From the sequence record NC_041878.1: a DNA stretch of 64,000 nucleotides; one strand, given 5' to 3'. The notes under the pieces are model-generated. The model had not been told where the DNA came from, searched no databases, and saw only the letters and a list, made by a program, of their open reading frames with translations. Of the stretch, positions 1-10,129 are shown in pieces. Positions within the stretch are counted from its first letter, which is position 1. Every line of letters starts with the position of its first letter. Position numbers and translations under genes: made by a program.

Positions 1-267
1 GCAAGTTTAGTTGATGGAAGGAATGAAGCTCCACAAAGACTAATACAAGCTAGTTTAGGTATGTACAAGTATGATTATTTGTCATGTCCTGAACCATATG
101 TTAATTTCTGGAAAGAACGTGCAATGCAAGCTCTACAAAAAGCGGTTGCAATTCTCCAGAAAACATATATACTTAAATTCAGAAACGCGACAATGTATGA
201 CTTATCTCCAGTGCCGGAGAGATTCACGCCAATAAACGCTTTTCATTGGAATATAAAAAGGACGTAA
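1..267 (+). CDS. hypothetical protein (5' partial)
   Basis: Frame open from base 1; followed by terminator. Confidence 0.6.
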   Translation, partial: ASLVDGRNEAPQRLIQASLGMYKYDYLSCPEPYVNFWKERAMQALQKAVAILQKTYILKFRNATMYDLSPVPERFTPINAFHWNIKRT

Positions 268-282
268 TTTTCGTCCTTTTTT
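256..282 (+). terminator. intrinsic terminator
   Basis: AAAAAGGACG-taattt-CGTCCTTTTTT hairpin + U tract. Confidence 0.75.
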
Positions 283-293
283 CATTTTAGCCC

Positions 294-325
294 TTGACAG
301 GGCATGAAAAATGCAGTACTATAAT
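294..325 (+). promoter_or_regulatory. sigma70-type promoter
   Basis: TTGACA-17-TACTAT. Confidence 0.85.
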
Positions 326-403
326 CACATGAAAACAACGGCTCTAGCCGTGAACTTCTATGGGTTAAAAAATAAACTTTCTATATCTTAAAAAGGAACC
401 AGA

Positions 404-943
404 ATGAAAACTGTAACTTTCGTATACACCGACAACGTAACCTACAAAGCCGCCAACGTAATTTCTATTGACAATCACGGCGATACTATTGAGTACGTTC
501 AGGACAGCACCAACACTGATGGCTCTATTGTCGGTCTGAACATGCGTTCTGTTGACACCTACGATCTTCTGTACGCAGTAGTTAAAGATGTTGACACCAA
601 AGAAGTGACTATCATTCCTGGTCTGTTTGACAGCTTTGATGTTGTTCCTAAAGGTGTAGCAGTTCAACGTCAGGCAAACATCGATGCAGAAGCGGCTCGC
701 GTAGCAGCAGATCGTGCAGCGAAAGCACCAGCACGTGAAGCAAAAGAAAAAGCAAAATACGAAGCTCGTCGTGCGGCTCGTAAAGCAGAATGGGTTGGCA
801 ACGAAGGTGATGTTGCGGTGGCCGACACCACTGAAGCGGCTCCAGTAGCAGCAGAAACCGAAGATAACAGCGTGTTCGGTCAACTGGCAGCAGCAGGTAT
901 CTCTGCTCGTGATCTGGCTGTTCTGCGTGAAGTTCTAAAGTAA
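404..943 (+). CDS. hypothetical protein, Ala-rich helical C-half
   Basis: SD AAGGA, high-expression codon bias. Confidence 0.85.
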   Translation: MKTVTFVYTDNVTYKAANVISIDNHGDTIEYVQDSTNTDGSIVGLNMRSVDTYDLLYAVVKDVDTKEVTIIPGLFDSFDVVPKGVAVQRQANIDAEAARVAADRAAKAPAREAKEKAKYEARRAARKAEWVGNEGDVAVADTTEAAPVAAETEDNSVFGQLAAAGISARDLAVLREVLK

Positions 944-976
944 TAAAATTTGACTTTCAAATAAGGAAAAGGTAAT

Positions 977-1177
977 ATGAAATCTGGTAATTACATTATT
1001 GCAGGTACTGATAAGGCAACTGGTCGTAGCTCAATTTCGGCAAAACCAAAAGAGCATGTAAGCGAAGCATCAGCGAAAGCTGAAGCAGCACGTCTTGCTC
1101 AGGACAACGACGAAAAAGATTTTACTGTACTACGTGTTGTCGCTACTGCTTCAGTAGCTAAAGTATCCTGGCGTTAA
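977..1177 (+). CDS. hypothetical protein
   Basis: SD AAGG, co-oriented ORF. Confidence 0.8.
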   Translation: MKSGNYIIAGTDKATGRSSISAKPKEHVSEASAKAEAARLAQDNDEKDFTVLRVVATASVAKVSWR

Positions 1178-1187
1178 GGTTTGTTTT

Positions 1188-1212
1188 GGGGAATGAAAGT
1201 TCCCCGCTTTTT
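1188..1212 (+). terminator. intrinsic terminator
   Basis: GGGGAA-tgaaag-TTCCCC then T tract. Confidence 0.7.
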
Positions 1213-1235
1213 AATTTAACTGCGAGAATTATAAG

Positions 1236-2432
1236 ATGAAAGGCAAATATTTTTTCAACGATGGTCGTCAGAACATTGAAATTCAAGAGTTCGATTACGA
1301 CTATGTTCGTAACTCATTGTTAAAAGTATTTGATAAGAACGTTGCTAAGAAATATATCTTCAACGTTATTGTCAGCCGTACCTATGATGGTAACGGTATG
1401 CCGATCTTTGATGTTCGTCCGTTGAATCTGAACGACATTTTCTATGATAGTACTCGGCTCCGTGTACTGGAAATGATGTTAGATGACATTTATTTCGGAC
1501 GGATCTCAATCAAAGAACTTCCGGTTCCTCGCTTACAGCAGGAATATCAGGAGTATCTTGAAGGTCGTGCAAAACCAGTAGTACAAAATACTACACCTGA
1601 CGTTCCTGCACCAATCGTGTTCGAACGTGTAGAACTGAACGAAAACGATTCACGTCTTCCTGCTATCATTGAAATGCAGAAAGATCAAGAAAACTTTCAT
1701 CCAATGAAAGTACTCGACTGGATTGAAAACTTCGAAGTGTGTAGCCAGGAAATCACGGTTAGCATTCAGAAGTCATCCGAAGAACAGATTCGTTTAGTAC
1801 AGGTCTTGAAAACTAACAGTGAATACATCCACGGTGTTTTCAACAATCTGACCTCTGTACTGGAAAGTTTGTTCCCACTGAAGCCAAGCTTTACACAACG
1901 TCTGTTCGGTTATAAGAAAGATGTTGAAGTGAAGCAGGAAGACTTAGGTACTATTCTAAGTACTCTGCGTAATGCGGTTGCTATTGACCCTAATCGCTTT
2001 AGTGGTATCTCTGAAGTCTTTAAAGGAATTCAGAGCAATTTCTCTGACATTAAAGATACTGTAGAACACGGTATCAAAGGTTGTGAGTATGTAATCACTA
2101 CAGAAGAAGATGCGTATGAGTTCGAACTTCGTCGGGAACGTCTGATGAAGATTCGTGCAACCACGGATATTTCTGAAATGTCATTAACTACGATCAACAA
2201 AAAATTCCTTTCTGACTTGAATAAGTTGAAAGAAGTACAGGAAGTGGTTGTACCACTGCTGATTGTTAAACTTCAGAATCAGGTTTCTAAGAAAGTTGAT
2301 GACGAAACAGTTAACATCATCCGTAATCTTGCGTATCGTCAAGAAGCTCCGATCCAATCGGACTCTACCGAAGCAAGTAATGATGACAGTACTGAGCAAG
2401 GCACTGGAACGTTTAGTACGGGTCCGAAATAA
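1236..2432 (+). CDS. hypothetical coiled-coil protein upstream of TelA
   Basis: 398 aa ORF, helical C-half. Confidence 0.8.
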   Translation: MKGKYFFNDGRQNIEIQEFDYDYVRNSLLKVFDKNVAKKYIFNVIVSRTYDGNGMPIFDVRPLNLNDIFYDSTRLRVLEMMLDDIYFGRISIKELPVPRLQQEYQEYLEGRAKPVVQNTTPDVPAPIVFERVELNENDSRLPAIIEMQKDQENFHPMKVLDWIENFEVCSQEITVSIQKSSEEQIRLVQVLKTNSEYIHGVFNNLTSVLESLFPLKPSFTQRLFGYKKDVEVKQEDLGTILSTLRNAVAIDPNRFSGISEVFKGIQSNFSDIKDTVEHGIKGCEYVITTEEDAYEFELRRERLMKIRATTDISEMSLTTINKKFLSDLNKLKEVQEVVVPLLIVKLQNQVSKKVDDETVNIIRNLAYRQEAPIQSDSTEASNDDSTEQGTGTFSTGPK

Positions 2433-2444
2433 TCGAAAAAACCC

Positions 2445-2473
2445 TTGACAAATCATGTGGGTGCTGTTAGAAT
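2445..2473 (+). promoter_or_regulatory. sigma70-type promoter
   Basis: TTGACA-17-TAGAAT. Confidence 0.85.
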
Positions 2474-2524
2474 GTTTACATCAAGACGGCACTCCTAATT
2501 AACTTAGAATGAAGGATTTAAAAG

Positions 2525-3667
2525 ATGGCAATTGACGACGTTAACAATGGTTTCGAAGAAGTTAAGCCACAGCGTAAAACTGGAACTCGTAAGCGTAAAC
2601 CTGCGGCAACTAAAGCAGAACCAGTAACTATCGAACAAGAAGAATTCGCACAGAGCGAAAAACAGTTACCATCTCTGCGTGATGCAAAAGGTACTTCAAT
2701 GGAACTGACTGTAGCGAATATCCATACTTTGGGTTCCGATGCTGGTCAGAACATTGGTAAACTTTCTGAAGAAATTCTTTCTAAAGTTAAAGTTGCTGAT
2801 ACTGGTGAACTCGGTGATGGTATTTCTAATATTCTGACTTTGACTCGTAAAGTCGATATTACCCGCCTGGGTGAACAACGTAATGGTCTGCTTTCTCGTG
2901 TTTGGAATATCTTTGGTGATACCAAACAGAAAGTACTGGATCAGTTCGAAACCAGTAAAGACCAAATCGAAAAGATCACTGGCACTCTCAGTACTGGTAT
3001 TGATCGTATGCGTGGTGAAGCAGTATGGCTTGAAAATGCATATGATGCGAACATTGAATATCTGCATGAACTGGAAGATATTCTGGTAAACGTTGATGAA
3101 GTTAAAATCATTGAAGATCAGAAGTTGGCTAAACTCATGGCTGATCCTGAAACTCCAATGAACGTACTGGATGACCAGCGTATGCTTACCGATGCACTGG
3201 ATAAGCAAGCCGACAAACTTCGCCGTCTGGTACAACTGGCAAAACTGACCGCACCGCAGATTGCGTCAATGCGTAAAGTTAACATGAACACCGTTGAGAA
3301 GTTTGAATCTCTCAACACCGTTGTTATCCCAGCGTGGAAAAACAACATGAGTCTTTCTCTGATTAGTTTGCAGCAGAAGAAAGATAACGAATTGTCGAAC
3401 ATGATCGACAATGAAACAAACCGTCTGTTGAAAGACAACGCGAAAACTGTTGCACAGAACATGAAAGACGCAGCAGCGGCGAACCAACGTGGGGTAGTGG
3501 ATTTGAGTACTCTTCAGTCTATCCAGAACGATATGTTGAATGGTATCAAAGAAACCATTCGCATTGAAGAAGCTGGACGCCAAGAGCGTAAACAAGCTGC
3601 AATCGAAATGCAGAAAATGGATCAAAATCTGAAAATCGCACTTCGCGATATTGCTCAGAAAAAATAA
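2525..3667 (+). CDS. telA: toxic anion (tellurite) resistance protein TelA family
   Basis: 380 aa; LLSRVWNIFG...LDQFET and SLNTVVIPAWKNNM segments typical of TelA. Confidence 0.85.
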   Translation: MAIDDVNNGFEEVKPQRKTGTRKRKPAATKAEPVTIEQEEFAQSEKQLPSLRDAKGTSMELTVANIHTLGSDAGQNIGKLSEEILSKVKVADTGELGDGISNILTLTRKVDITRLGEQRNGLLSRVWNIFGDTKQKVLDQFETSKDQIEKITGTLSTGIDRMRGEAVWLENAYDANIEYLHELEDILVNVDEVKIIEDQKLAKLMADPETPMNVLDDQRMLTDALDKQADKLRRLVQLAKLTAPQIASMRKVNMNTVEKFESLNTVVIPAWKNNMSLSLISLQQKKDNELSNMIDNETNRLLKDNAKTVAQNMKDAAAANQRGVVDLSTLQSIQNDMLNGIKETIRIEEAGRQERKQAAIEMQKMDQNLKIALRDIAQKK

Positions 3668-3687
3668 TCCAAAAAGCAGTACTACAA

Positions 3688-3714
3688 AAGCTCCCAACAC
3701 TTGGGGGCTTTTTT
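3688..3714 (+). terminator. intrinsic terminator
   Basis: AGCTCCCAA-cac-TTGGGGGCT TTTTT. Confidence 0.8.
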
Positions 3715-3733
3715 CATATGGAGAAATAAAAAT

Positions 3734-4066
3734 ATGGATAACCTATACACTCAAGAACTACTAACTAAGCTATCAGAAATCATTTCAGAAAATGATATGG
3801 ATGATGATAAAGAAGGTAAGTACAATGATGAAGGTATCAAGTACATCACAGTTGTAGAAGGTGATTGGACAGACGAAGGTAAGTACTCTTTCTGTGACTG
3901 GACTTTCTTCTTCCCTGAACTAAATGTATATGTCTATTGCTCACAATCTCGTAGTGGTTCTTACTATAGCGATTACTACTATGACGACCCTGATTTTAGC
4001 TTTGTAGAACCATACACCGAAACGGTTGTAGTTACAAATTACCGTACTGTTAAGGTGACTGCATAA
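3734..4066 (+). CDS. hypothetical protein
   Basis: SD GGAG; start moved to MDNLY. Confidence 0.8.
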   Translation: MDNLYTQELLTKLSEIISENDMDDDKEGKYNDEGIKYITVVEGDWTDEGKYSFCDWTFFFPELNVYVYCSQSRSGSYYSDYYYDDPDFSFVEPYTETVVVTNYRTVKVTA

Positions 4067-4740
4067 TGAATCTTTTTTCTTTAGACATTGAAACACTTGG
4101 TACTCCAGAGAACTCAGGTTATGGAATCGTAATTCCGAACTATGCTATTGTTAAAATCCCTGAAGTACTAACACATGAATTAGAATGGATTTATGTTCAA
4201 CTACCAATTCAAGATCAGATTGATGTAGGTCTTAAAATGGATGCAAGTACTATGAACTTCTGGTTCGATACTTGTGCACAGGAATTCCCTCTAGCATTGT
4301 GTGAAATGCAGCAATCATTTAAACTTAAAGCACCAACGGTTCTACACTCAGATGGTGATACTCATGAATCCACCAATATTCCACTAGTCGTTAAGAATTT
4401 CTTACATGGACAGGAAGAACCAAAGTTCAATACTAAAGTCTTTGGAAATGGTTGTAACTTTGATTGTAGTATTCTACAAGAGAACCATCGAGTAATGTTC
4501 GGTGACGGTAATTTGTGGCAATATGCTGCACCAAACAATGTTCGTTCACTAAGACTTCTTCTTTCTAAAGAAGATGAAGAATTAATGAAAGATACGATTG
4601 ATCCATATCTTAGCCGGTTCTGTGATTCTATTGATGAAGTGGGTTGGATGTTTGATCTTTGTTTACATAATCCTCTGTTCGATGCGGCTAAAGAAGCGTT
4701 GTTCGTAACTTATATTATGAACTTAAAAAAATCAGCTTGA
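4066..4740 (+). CDS. DEDDh 3'-5' exo(ribo)nuclease
   Basis: SLDIETLG, GNGCNFD and HNPLFDA motifs. Confidence 0.75.
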   Translation: MNLFSLDIETLGTPENSGYGIVIPNYAIVKIPEVLTHELEWIYVQLPIQDQIDVGLKMDASTMNFWFDTCAQEFPLALCEMQQSFKLKAPTVLHSDGDTHESTNIPLVVKNFLHGQEEPKFNTKVFGNGCNFDCSILQENHRVMFGDGNLWQYAAPNNVRSLRLLLSKEDEELMKDTIDPYLSRFCDSIDEVGWMFDLCLHNPLFDAAKEALFVTYIMNLKKSA

Positions 4741-4766
4741 CAAACAGCCCCTTAACGTTGTACAAT
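4737..4766 (+). promoter_or_regulatory. sigma70-type promoter
   Basis: TTGACA-18-TACAAT. Confidence 0.7.
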
Positions 4767-4796
4767 AGCCCTGTTAACCACTAATAGGGCTAGATC

Positions 4797-5894
4797 ATGA
4801 ATTTCCTCATTATTGCTGCACCAGCGTTATTGATCATGATCATCATGAAATATAAGTACTCACATCAAATAACAACTAAGGAATTAGGTTTTCATTTCTT
4901 AGCAGTGTGCGTAAGTATTGGTATCATGATGGGAATCACTTACACAAGTTTATACGTATCAATGGCTGATACTGAAATTTTAAATGGTAAAGTACTTTCT
5001 AAATCTCGTGATGTTGAATGGTGTACTTCACAAAGTTCTTCATGTAAACATTACACATGGCATGAACGTTGTTCGTACTACACAGATAGTAAAGGTAAAC
5101 GCCAGAAGTCGTGTGAATCATATAAAGTTTTTGATTATCCATACGAAGTAGATTGGACAGTACGGACTTCAGTTGATTCACATACTATTGAACGTGTAAA
5201 CCGTCAGGGAACTAAAGTACCGCCACGTTGGGCACAAATTAATATTGGTGATCCAGCAAGTACTGAACACCGTTATATCAATTACCTTTTAGGTAATAAA
5301 GATTCTTTATTCTACGAGAATGAATACGAAAAAGAATTCACCGAAGAATACAAGAAAGAGTTACCAAATTACCCACAAGTTTATGATTATTATCGTGTAA
5401 ACCACGTAATAAATTTGACAAAGGCTGATGCCACAGGGTATAATGATTACATCAACATGGCACTGCGGGAAATGGGAGCGAGTAAACAAGTTAACATTGT
5501 ACTGATTATGTATCCTGCTACTAATGTTGATTTGGTAAAAGCAACCACAGCAAAATGGCGTGGCGGTAAAAAGAACGATGTAATTATGTTCGCTGGCTTG
5601 GATGAAGATGGTACTGTAACTAAGTTTAGTAGTACTTCATTCGGCAAGGGAATGAAAAATGAATACTTACATAGTACTTTACGAATGACTGCACTAACTG
5701 AGAAAATGTCTCTGAACTTAGTACAGTTACTTGTAAAAGACGTAAATGATAATTTCAATCGTCTTCCTAATAAGGAATTCGAATACTTGAAATATAAATT
5801 AGAACCTAGCCTTTGGGTAGTTATTTTATGCTCAATCTTAGCTGCGGTATCTTCAATCTTAGTTGGTAATTACATGAGGAAAGTTGATTTATGA
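4797..5894 (+). CDS. membrane protein (2 N-terminal + 1 C-terminal TM), TPM-like C domain
   Basis: Hydrophobic termini; WRGGKKNDVIMF segment. Confidence 0.7.
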   Translation: MNFLIIAAPALLIMIIMKYKYSHQITTKELGFHFLAVCVSIGIMMGITYTSLYVSMADTEILNGKVLSKSRDVEWCTSQSSSCKHYTWHERCSYYTDSKGKRQKSCESYKVFDYPYEVDWTVRTSVDSHTIERVNRQGTKVPPRWAQINIGDPASTEHRYINYLLGNKDSLFYENEYEKEFTEEYKKELPNYPQVYDYYRVNHVINLTKADATGYNDYINMALREMGASKQVNIVLIMYPATNVDLVKATTAKWRGGKKNDVIMFAGLDEDGTVTKFSSTSFGKGMKNEYLHSTLRMTALTEKMSLNLVQLLVKDVNDNFNRLPNKEFEYLKYKLEPSLWVVILCSILAAVSSILVGNYMRKVDL

Positions 5895-6445
5895 AAGCAG
5901 GAACAGCAGTACTTCTGTCATTCGTTGCAGTGATCGCGGTGGGTGCTTTGGGTTTTGCGGGTATGTATAAGAGTTCTTACGATACTGCAAATAATTACGA
6001 AGCAAATATCAATCGTCTGAACAAAGCAAGTGAATCGCAGCTTAGTACTTATACTTTGAAAGTACAAGAACAAGCACAAATTCCTGCTATGTATTCTGAA
6101 GATCTTCAGAAAACTATTAAGGCGTACTTCGAAGGTCGTGGTAAACAAGATGAAACATTCATCCGTTCCTTCGTAACACAGAACGTACCTAATCTGTCAC
6201 CTAAGATGTATGAAAATCTGATGGTAACAATTGATGCTGGTCGTGATGCGTTTAACAACGTACAGAAACAGAAGATCGATACCTGTTCTGACTATGATGA
6301 ATTCCGTGGTAAATTCTGGAGTAGCTTTACTCTGCCAGGGAAGTTCCCAAGCAAGAATATCGAAAAGCTCTGCCAGGTAGTTTCTGATGCACGTACTCAG
6401 AAAGCATTCGAAACTGGTGTTCAGGAAACTATTAAATTCCGCTAA
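5891..6445 (+). CDS. membrane-anchored LemA-like protein
   Basis: N-terminal TM + helical domain, coupled to preceding membrane gene; family call is inference. Confidence 0.55.
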   Translation: MKAGTAVLLSFVAVIAVGALGFAGMYKSSYDTANNYEANINRLNKASESQLSTYTLKVQEQAQIPAMYSEDLQKTIKAYFEGRGKQDETFIRSFVTQNVPNLSPKMYENLMVTIDAGRDAFNNVQKQKIDTCSDYDEFRGKFWSSFTLPGKFPSKNIEKLCQVVSDARTQKAFETGVQETIKFR

Positions 6446-6453
6446 TAGTTTAT

Positions 6454-6481
6454 AAGCTGGCCTTAGTTGGTCAGCTTTTTT
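6454..6481 (+). terminator. intrinsic terminator
   Basis: AAGCTGGCC-ttagtt-GGTCAGCTTTTTT. Confidence 0.8.
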
Positions 6482-6494
6482 AAGTAAGAAGTGC

Positions 6495-6523
6495 TTGACA
6501 AATTGAATATAAAATGTTATAGT
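6495..6523 (+). promoter_or_regulatory. sigma70-type promoter
   Basis: TTGACA-17-TATAGT. Confidence 0.8.
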
Positions 6524-6557
6524 ACTAGCAAGATATGAAATTAAGTGAGGGTTCACT

Positions 6558-6737
6558 ATGTCGTACTTAATATTAGTTCTCGCAATGAAAGCAGGTAACT
6601 TAGCTCCTACGTCTGTAACAATGAAACTTGATGTAGATGTTGATAACTGTGAACAGGTCTTTATTCCTGAAGCAAAGAAACAGTATGCGAGTACGCCTCT
6701 TACAGTAATTTCAGCAAAATGTTTTCCGACTAAGTGA
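6558..6737 (+). CDS. small hypothetical protein (59 aa, below ORF-track cutoff)
   Basis: SD GAGG, MSYLILVLAM...CFPTK*. Confidence 0.65.
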   Translation: MSYLILVLAMKAGNLAPTSVTMKLDVDVDNCEQVFIPEAKKQYASTPLTVISAKCFPTK

Positions 6738-6748
6738 GGGTTTAACAA

Positions 6749-7096
6749 ATGTGGGCGTTTCTATCGATCATGCTTCTTTGCATGGTAATAAACTTTGGAA
6801 TTTGGTACGCAGTTTCGCGTTGGTATCTTAAAGACGACTTTGTTATCATCATTGGTGATAACATGAAACGCTTCATGAAAACAATGCTAATTGCAATTGT
6901 AATTTCAATTCTGTTGTGTTCTGTTAAACTTTATAAAATGGCTTCATGTCAAACTAAAGGTTGGATTACGAATGCCAGTACTCAATACTCATGGGTAATG
7001 GATCAATGCCAGGCAAAAAATAGTACTGGAGTATACGTAGATATTGAACGTACTCGTGGTACACCTGGTGAAGAAAATCACGACACAGCACAATAA
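6749..7096 (+). CDS. membrane protein
   Basis: Two hydrophobic segments. Confidence 0.75.
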   Translation: MWAFLSIMLLCMVINFGIWYAVSRWYLKDDFVIIIGDNMKRFMKTMLIAIVISILLCSVKLYKMASCQTKGWITNASTQYSWVMDQCQAKNSTGVYVDIERTRGTPGEENHDTAQ

Positions 7097-7101
7097 TAAA
7101 T

Positions 7102-7126
7102 AAAACCCTCCTAGTGAGGGTTTTTT
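7102..7126 (+). terminator. intrinsic terminator
   Basis: AAAACCCTC-ctagt-GAGGGTTTTTT. Confidence 0.8.
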
Positions 7127-7144
7127 ATATTTTAGGAGATTTGA

Positions 7145-7777
7145 ATGCCAAAAAAATTAGTTTATGAACATGGAATTAATGATTCAGACGAACCTATATG
7201 TAAACAAGAAAAAATTAATGGTAAATGGAAGGTTATTTGGAGATGCCCAATATATACTATGTGGAGAAATATACTAGAACGATGCTATTCGCAAAAACTT
7301 AAAGATAAATTTCCAACGTATAAAGATTGTACAATTCACGAAGAATGGTTGTATTTTTCAAATTTTAAGTCATGGGTTTTAACACAACCATATCAAAACC
7401 GAGATATTGATAAAGATTTATTATATAAAAATAATAAACACTATTCCCCACATACTTGCATTTTCGTTCCTCATGAAATCAATACATTTATTTTGCAATC
7501 TTCTACCATTCGCGGAGATTATGCATTAGGTGTATCTTATAATGCTTGTAGAAAAGCAAAACCTTTTTATTCTTATATTAGCGTTGAGAATAAAAAACTT
7601 CATCTTGGCGTTTTTGATAATGAATATGAAGCACATTTAGCATGGCAGCACAAAAAAATTTATTTTTGTAACCAATACATTGAGAAATACACCGATGATA
7701 AAAATATTATTTTAGTGTTAGAAAAATATAGAGATTCGATACAAAAAGATATTGACGAAAATAGGTTTACTATATAA
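7145..7777 (+). CDS. HNH-type homing endonuclease with AP2-like DNA-binding domain
   Basis: YTMWRNILERCY, EEWLYFSNF, DIDKDLL, YSPHTCIFVP motifs; lower GC than flanks. Confidence 0.75.
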   Translation: MPKKLVYEHGINDSDEPICKQEKINGKWKVIWRCPIYTMWRNILERCYSQKLKDKFPTYKDCTIHEEWLYFSNFKSWVLTQPYQNRDIDKDLLYKNNKHYSPHTCIFVPHEINTFILQSSTIRGDYALGVSYNACRKAKPFYSYISVENKKLHLGVFDNEYEAHLAWQHKKIYFCNQYIEKYTDDKNIILVLEKYRDSIQKDIDENRFTI

Positions 7778-8262
7778 TGTTTGAATTTGATGAAAATCCG
7801 ATATACAATCCTGAAGAAGATGGCATCACTCATATCAACATATATAGTCAAGCGAAAACTGAATTAGGAAGAATGCTCTCCAATTTTTATTACTCACCTT
7901 TCACATTTGAACCTTATGGGGAGTTTGCATCAGGGGAATCGTTCTGGTACTGGTATTTAACTGGTCAACAACACAATTCACTAAAAACCTTGCATGGTTT
8001 TGAAGCCAAAAAAGAAGGACGTAAATATCGTAATGACAGATTGGATGTACTTGGTCTAACTAATGAAGATTTAGAAGTTATGGAACAGATGTTAGTACAC
8101 AAGATTGCATACAATCCCAATATTGCGAAATTACTAAAAGAAAGTACTTTGCCGTTTGTTCACTATTATTCTTATCATGGTAGAGTAATAGTGCCAGATG
8201 GGGTAGACTGGTTATCCACCAGCTACGAGGATATCAGAACAGTCCTTAAAGAAACGAACTGA
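7777..8262 (+). CDS. NADAR/YbiA-like protein
   Basis: THINIYS...LGRMLSNFYYSPF...SGESFWY. Confidence 0.5.
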   Translation: MFEFDENPIYNPEEDGITHINIYSQAKTELGRMLSNFYYSPFTFEPYGEFASGESFWYWYLTGQQHNSLKTLHGFEAKKEGRKYRNDRLDVLGLTNEDLEVMEQMLVHKIAYNPNIAKLLKESTLPFVHYYSYHGRVIVPDGVDWLSTSYEDIRTVLKETN

Positions 8263-8321
8263 CCAAAGAATGGTCAATTTTATAAATAGTTCTACATTTT
8301 TTATACAACATGGAGTGTTAT

Positions 8322-10046
8322 ATGAATAAAACCAAAAATGTTCTACAAGTGGTTGTCAATTTTGAAACTGCTGAATCAGTACAAGAGCTTAAAAATCTAA
8401 TCCAATCTAAAGTTGGTGATGTTGATATTGTTCGTTACTCAGTTAATCCAACCAACGTAGTTCTTTATGTTCTTGCTGAACCGTCAGCCAATCTACATAC
8501 TATTCAGGTAGAAGATACAGGTAAAACTTACAGTACTATCAATGTAGTCGAATCTATTGTAGAAGACGGTACTAAAGAATATACAGGTACTGTTCAAGAG
8601 GCATTTGCTGAAGTTCAAACTTCTGAACCAAAACCTGCCAACGTTATCATCTTTGAACACGATCCTAAGCTCGTTGCATTACTTAATAAAGAATATAAAC
8701 TATCAAACGTTAGTGTTTATGATGGTTTGGTTTCTATCAGTACTGAAGATGAGATTGTGCTAATTGAACCACAAGTTAATGTGACTATTGATTATAGTAC
8801 TTATAATGAGAGTACTGGTACAGTCAAACTTGTTCAAACCAAAGATGAAGAATCTTCTATAATTGAAGCTTTTAACAATCGTGTTGCAGAAATTCAAGAA
8901 GAAGAATTGTCTAGTCGTGATTTTTCTGAATTAGTAAGTGCAATTGACAATATTGATAATGACCGATTATCATTAACCGAACAGTTTAAGGATAGTATTT
9001 TTGGTCCAGGTATTGCTAAAGCAGAAGACTATGCACGTATGAGTACCGAACGCAATACTATTAATCTAATGTCTGACATTATGAATACGTTTAATGCTAT
9101 TGAAAACGATTTACCTTACAAACTACCAGTTGAAGCACTTGCTAAGATGGATGAACATGAACGCAACGTGCATGAAATGAAAAACATTCTTCTAAATGTA
9201 CAAGGTTTAGGTGAAGAAATTTCTATGGCAGCAGCATTGAAAGAAGACGTGTCTCATACAACAGTAAAAGAAGTAGCTGGTGCGTCACAATCTGGATTTG
9301 TTGATGAAGATGATGATGATATAGAATCTCTATCAGCTTATAGTATTGGTGATACCGTAGTTGAAACAGTAACTCTAAAAGTTGCACTAATTAGCTTTAA
9401 TGCTTTTGATGAGTATGCTGCAAATCACAATATTGTTGGTTGGGATCTATTCACACCAACTACACTACTAATCAAGTACATGGAAGAAGGTGTAACTTCT
9501 GAAGAAAAAATTAAGAAATTTCATGAGATGATGGATAGTCTTGATACTGGTTGGGTACAGAAAGTTTCAGATGAAACTAAATTCTTATCAGAATTCAAGC
9601 AAGTACTAGACCGTGATGTAACACAAGAGTTCTTAGCTCGTGTTAAGAAACACAATGTCTTTGTTCGTGAAAATCTAGCGAAAATTCGTTCTGCACTTCT
9701 AGATATGGAAAAAGACTACGAAGAACTAAAAGATGAAGTCAATCTAACCATCGATTGGGAAAATCTAACCGCATTTGCATCCAAAAAGGAACGTATTGAG
9801 CATCGTGTAAGAGGTGTTCAAATGGTGTTCTCTGGCTCTAATCGTCCAGATGCAAACGTTGTAAGAGTTGATTCTGAATATGAAGGGAAAGATTTTTACA
9901 TTCCATTTAGTTTGATTACTGATGAAATTCGTGAAAAATATGTACTAGATAACGAACTTCTATACATTGAAAATGTTCCAGACTTCGCATTCTATGAAGT
10001 ACCTGTAAATGGTCATGTCATGATTATTGAAAAAACTGACCTATAA
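8322..10046 (+). CDS. large acidic hypothetical protein
   Basis: ~574 aa ORF. Confidence 0.8.
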   Translation: MNKTKNVLQVVVNFETAESVQELKNLIQSKVGDVDIVRYSVNPTNVVLYVLAEPSANLHTIQVEDTGKTYSTINVVESIVEDGTKEYTGTVQEAFAEVQTSEPKPANVIIFEHDPKLVALLNKEYKLSNVSVYDGLVSISTEDEIVLIEPQVNVTIDYSTYNESTGTVKLVQTKDEESSIIEAFNNRVAEIQEEELSSRDFSELVSAIDNIDNDRLSLTEQFKDSIFGPGIAKAEDYARMSTERNTINLMSDIMNTFNAIENDLPYKLPVEALAKMDEHERNVHEMKNILLNVQGLGEEISMAAALKEDVSHTTVKEVAGASQSGFVDEDDDDIESLSAYSIGDTVVETVTLKVALISFNAFDEYAANHNIVGWDLFTPTTLLIKYMEEGVTSEEKIKKFHEMMDSLDTGWVQKVSDETKFLSEFKQVLDRDVTQEFLARVKKHNVFVRENLAKIRSALLDMEKDYEELKDEVNLTIDWENLTAFASKKERIEHRVRGVQMVFSGSNRPDANVVRVDSEYEGKDFYIPFSLITDEIREKYVLDNELLYIENVPDFAFYEVPVNGHVMIIEKTDL

Positions 10047-10057
10047 TGTCTCCATAT

Positions 10058-10082
10058 ACCAGCCTAGTGCTGGTATTTTTTT
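10058..10082 (+). terminator. intrinsic terminator
   Basis: TACCAGC-ctagt-GCTGGTA TTTTTT. Confidence 0.8.
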
Positions 10083-10094
10083 AAGTAAGATTTA

Positions 10095-10123
10095 TGAAAC
10101 GTACTGAAAAAACATGGTATAAT
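10095..10123 (+). promoter_or_regulatory. class-B promoter (TGAAAC-17-TATAAT)
   Basis: TGAAAC gtactgaaaaaacatgg TATAAT. Confidence 0.75.
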
Positions 10124-10129
10124 GTCAGT

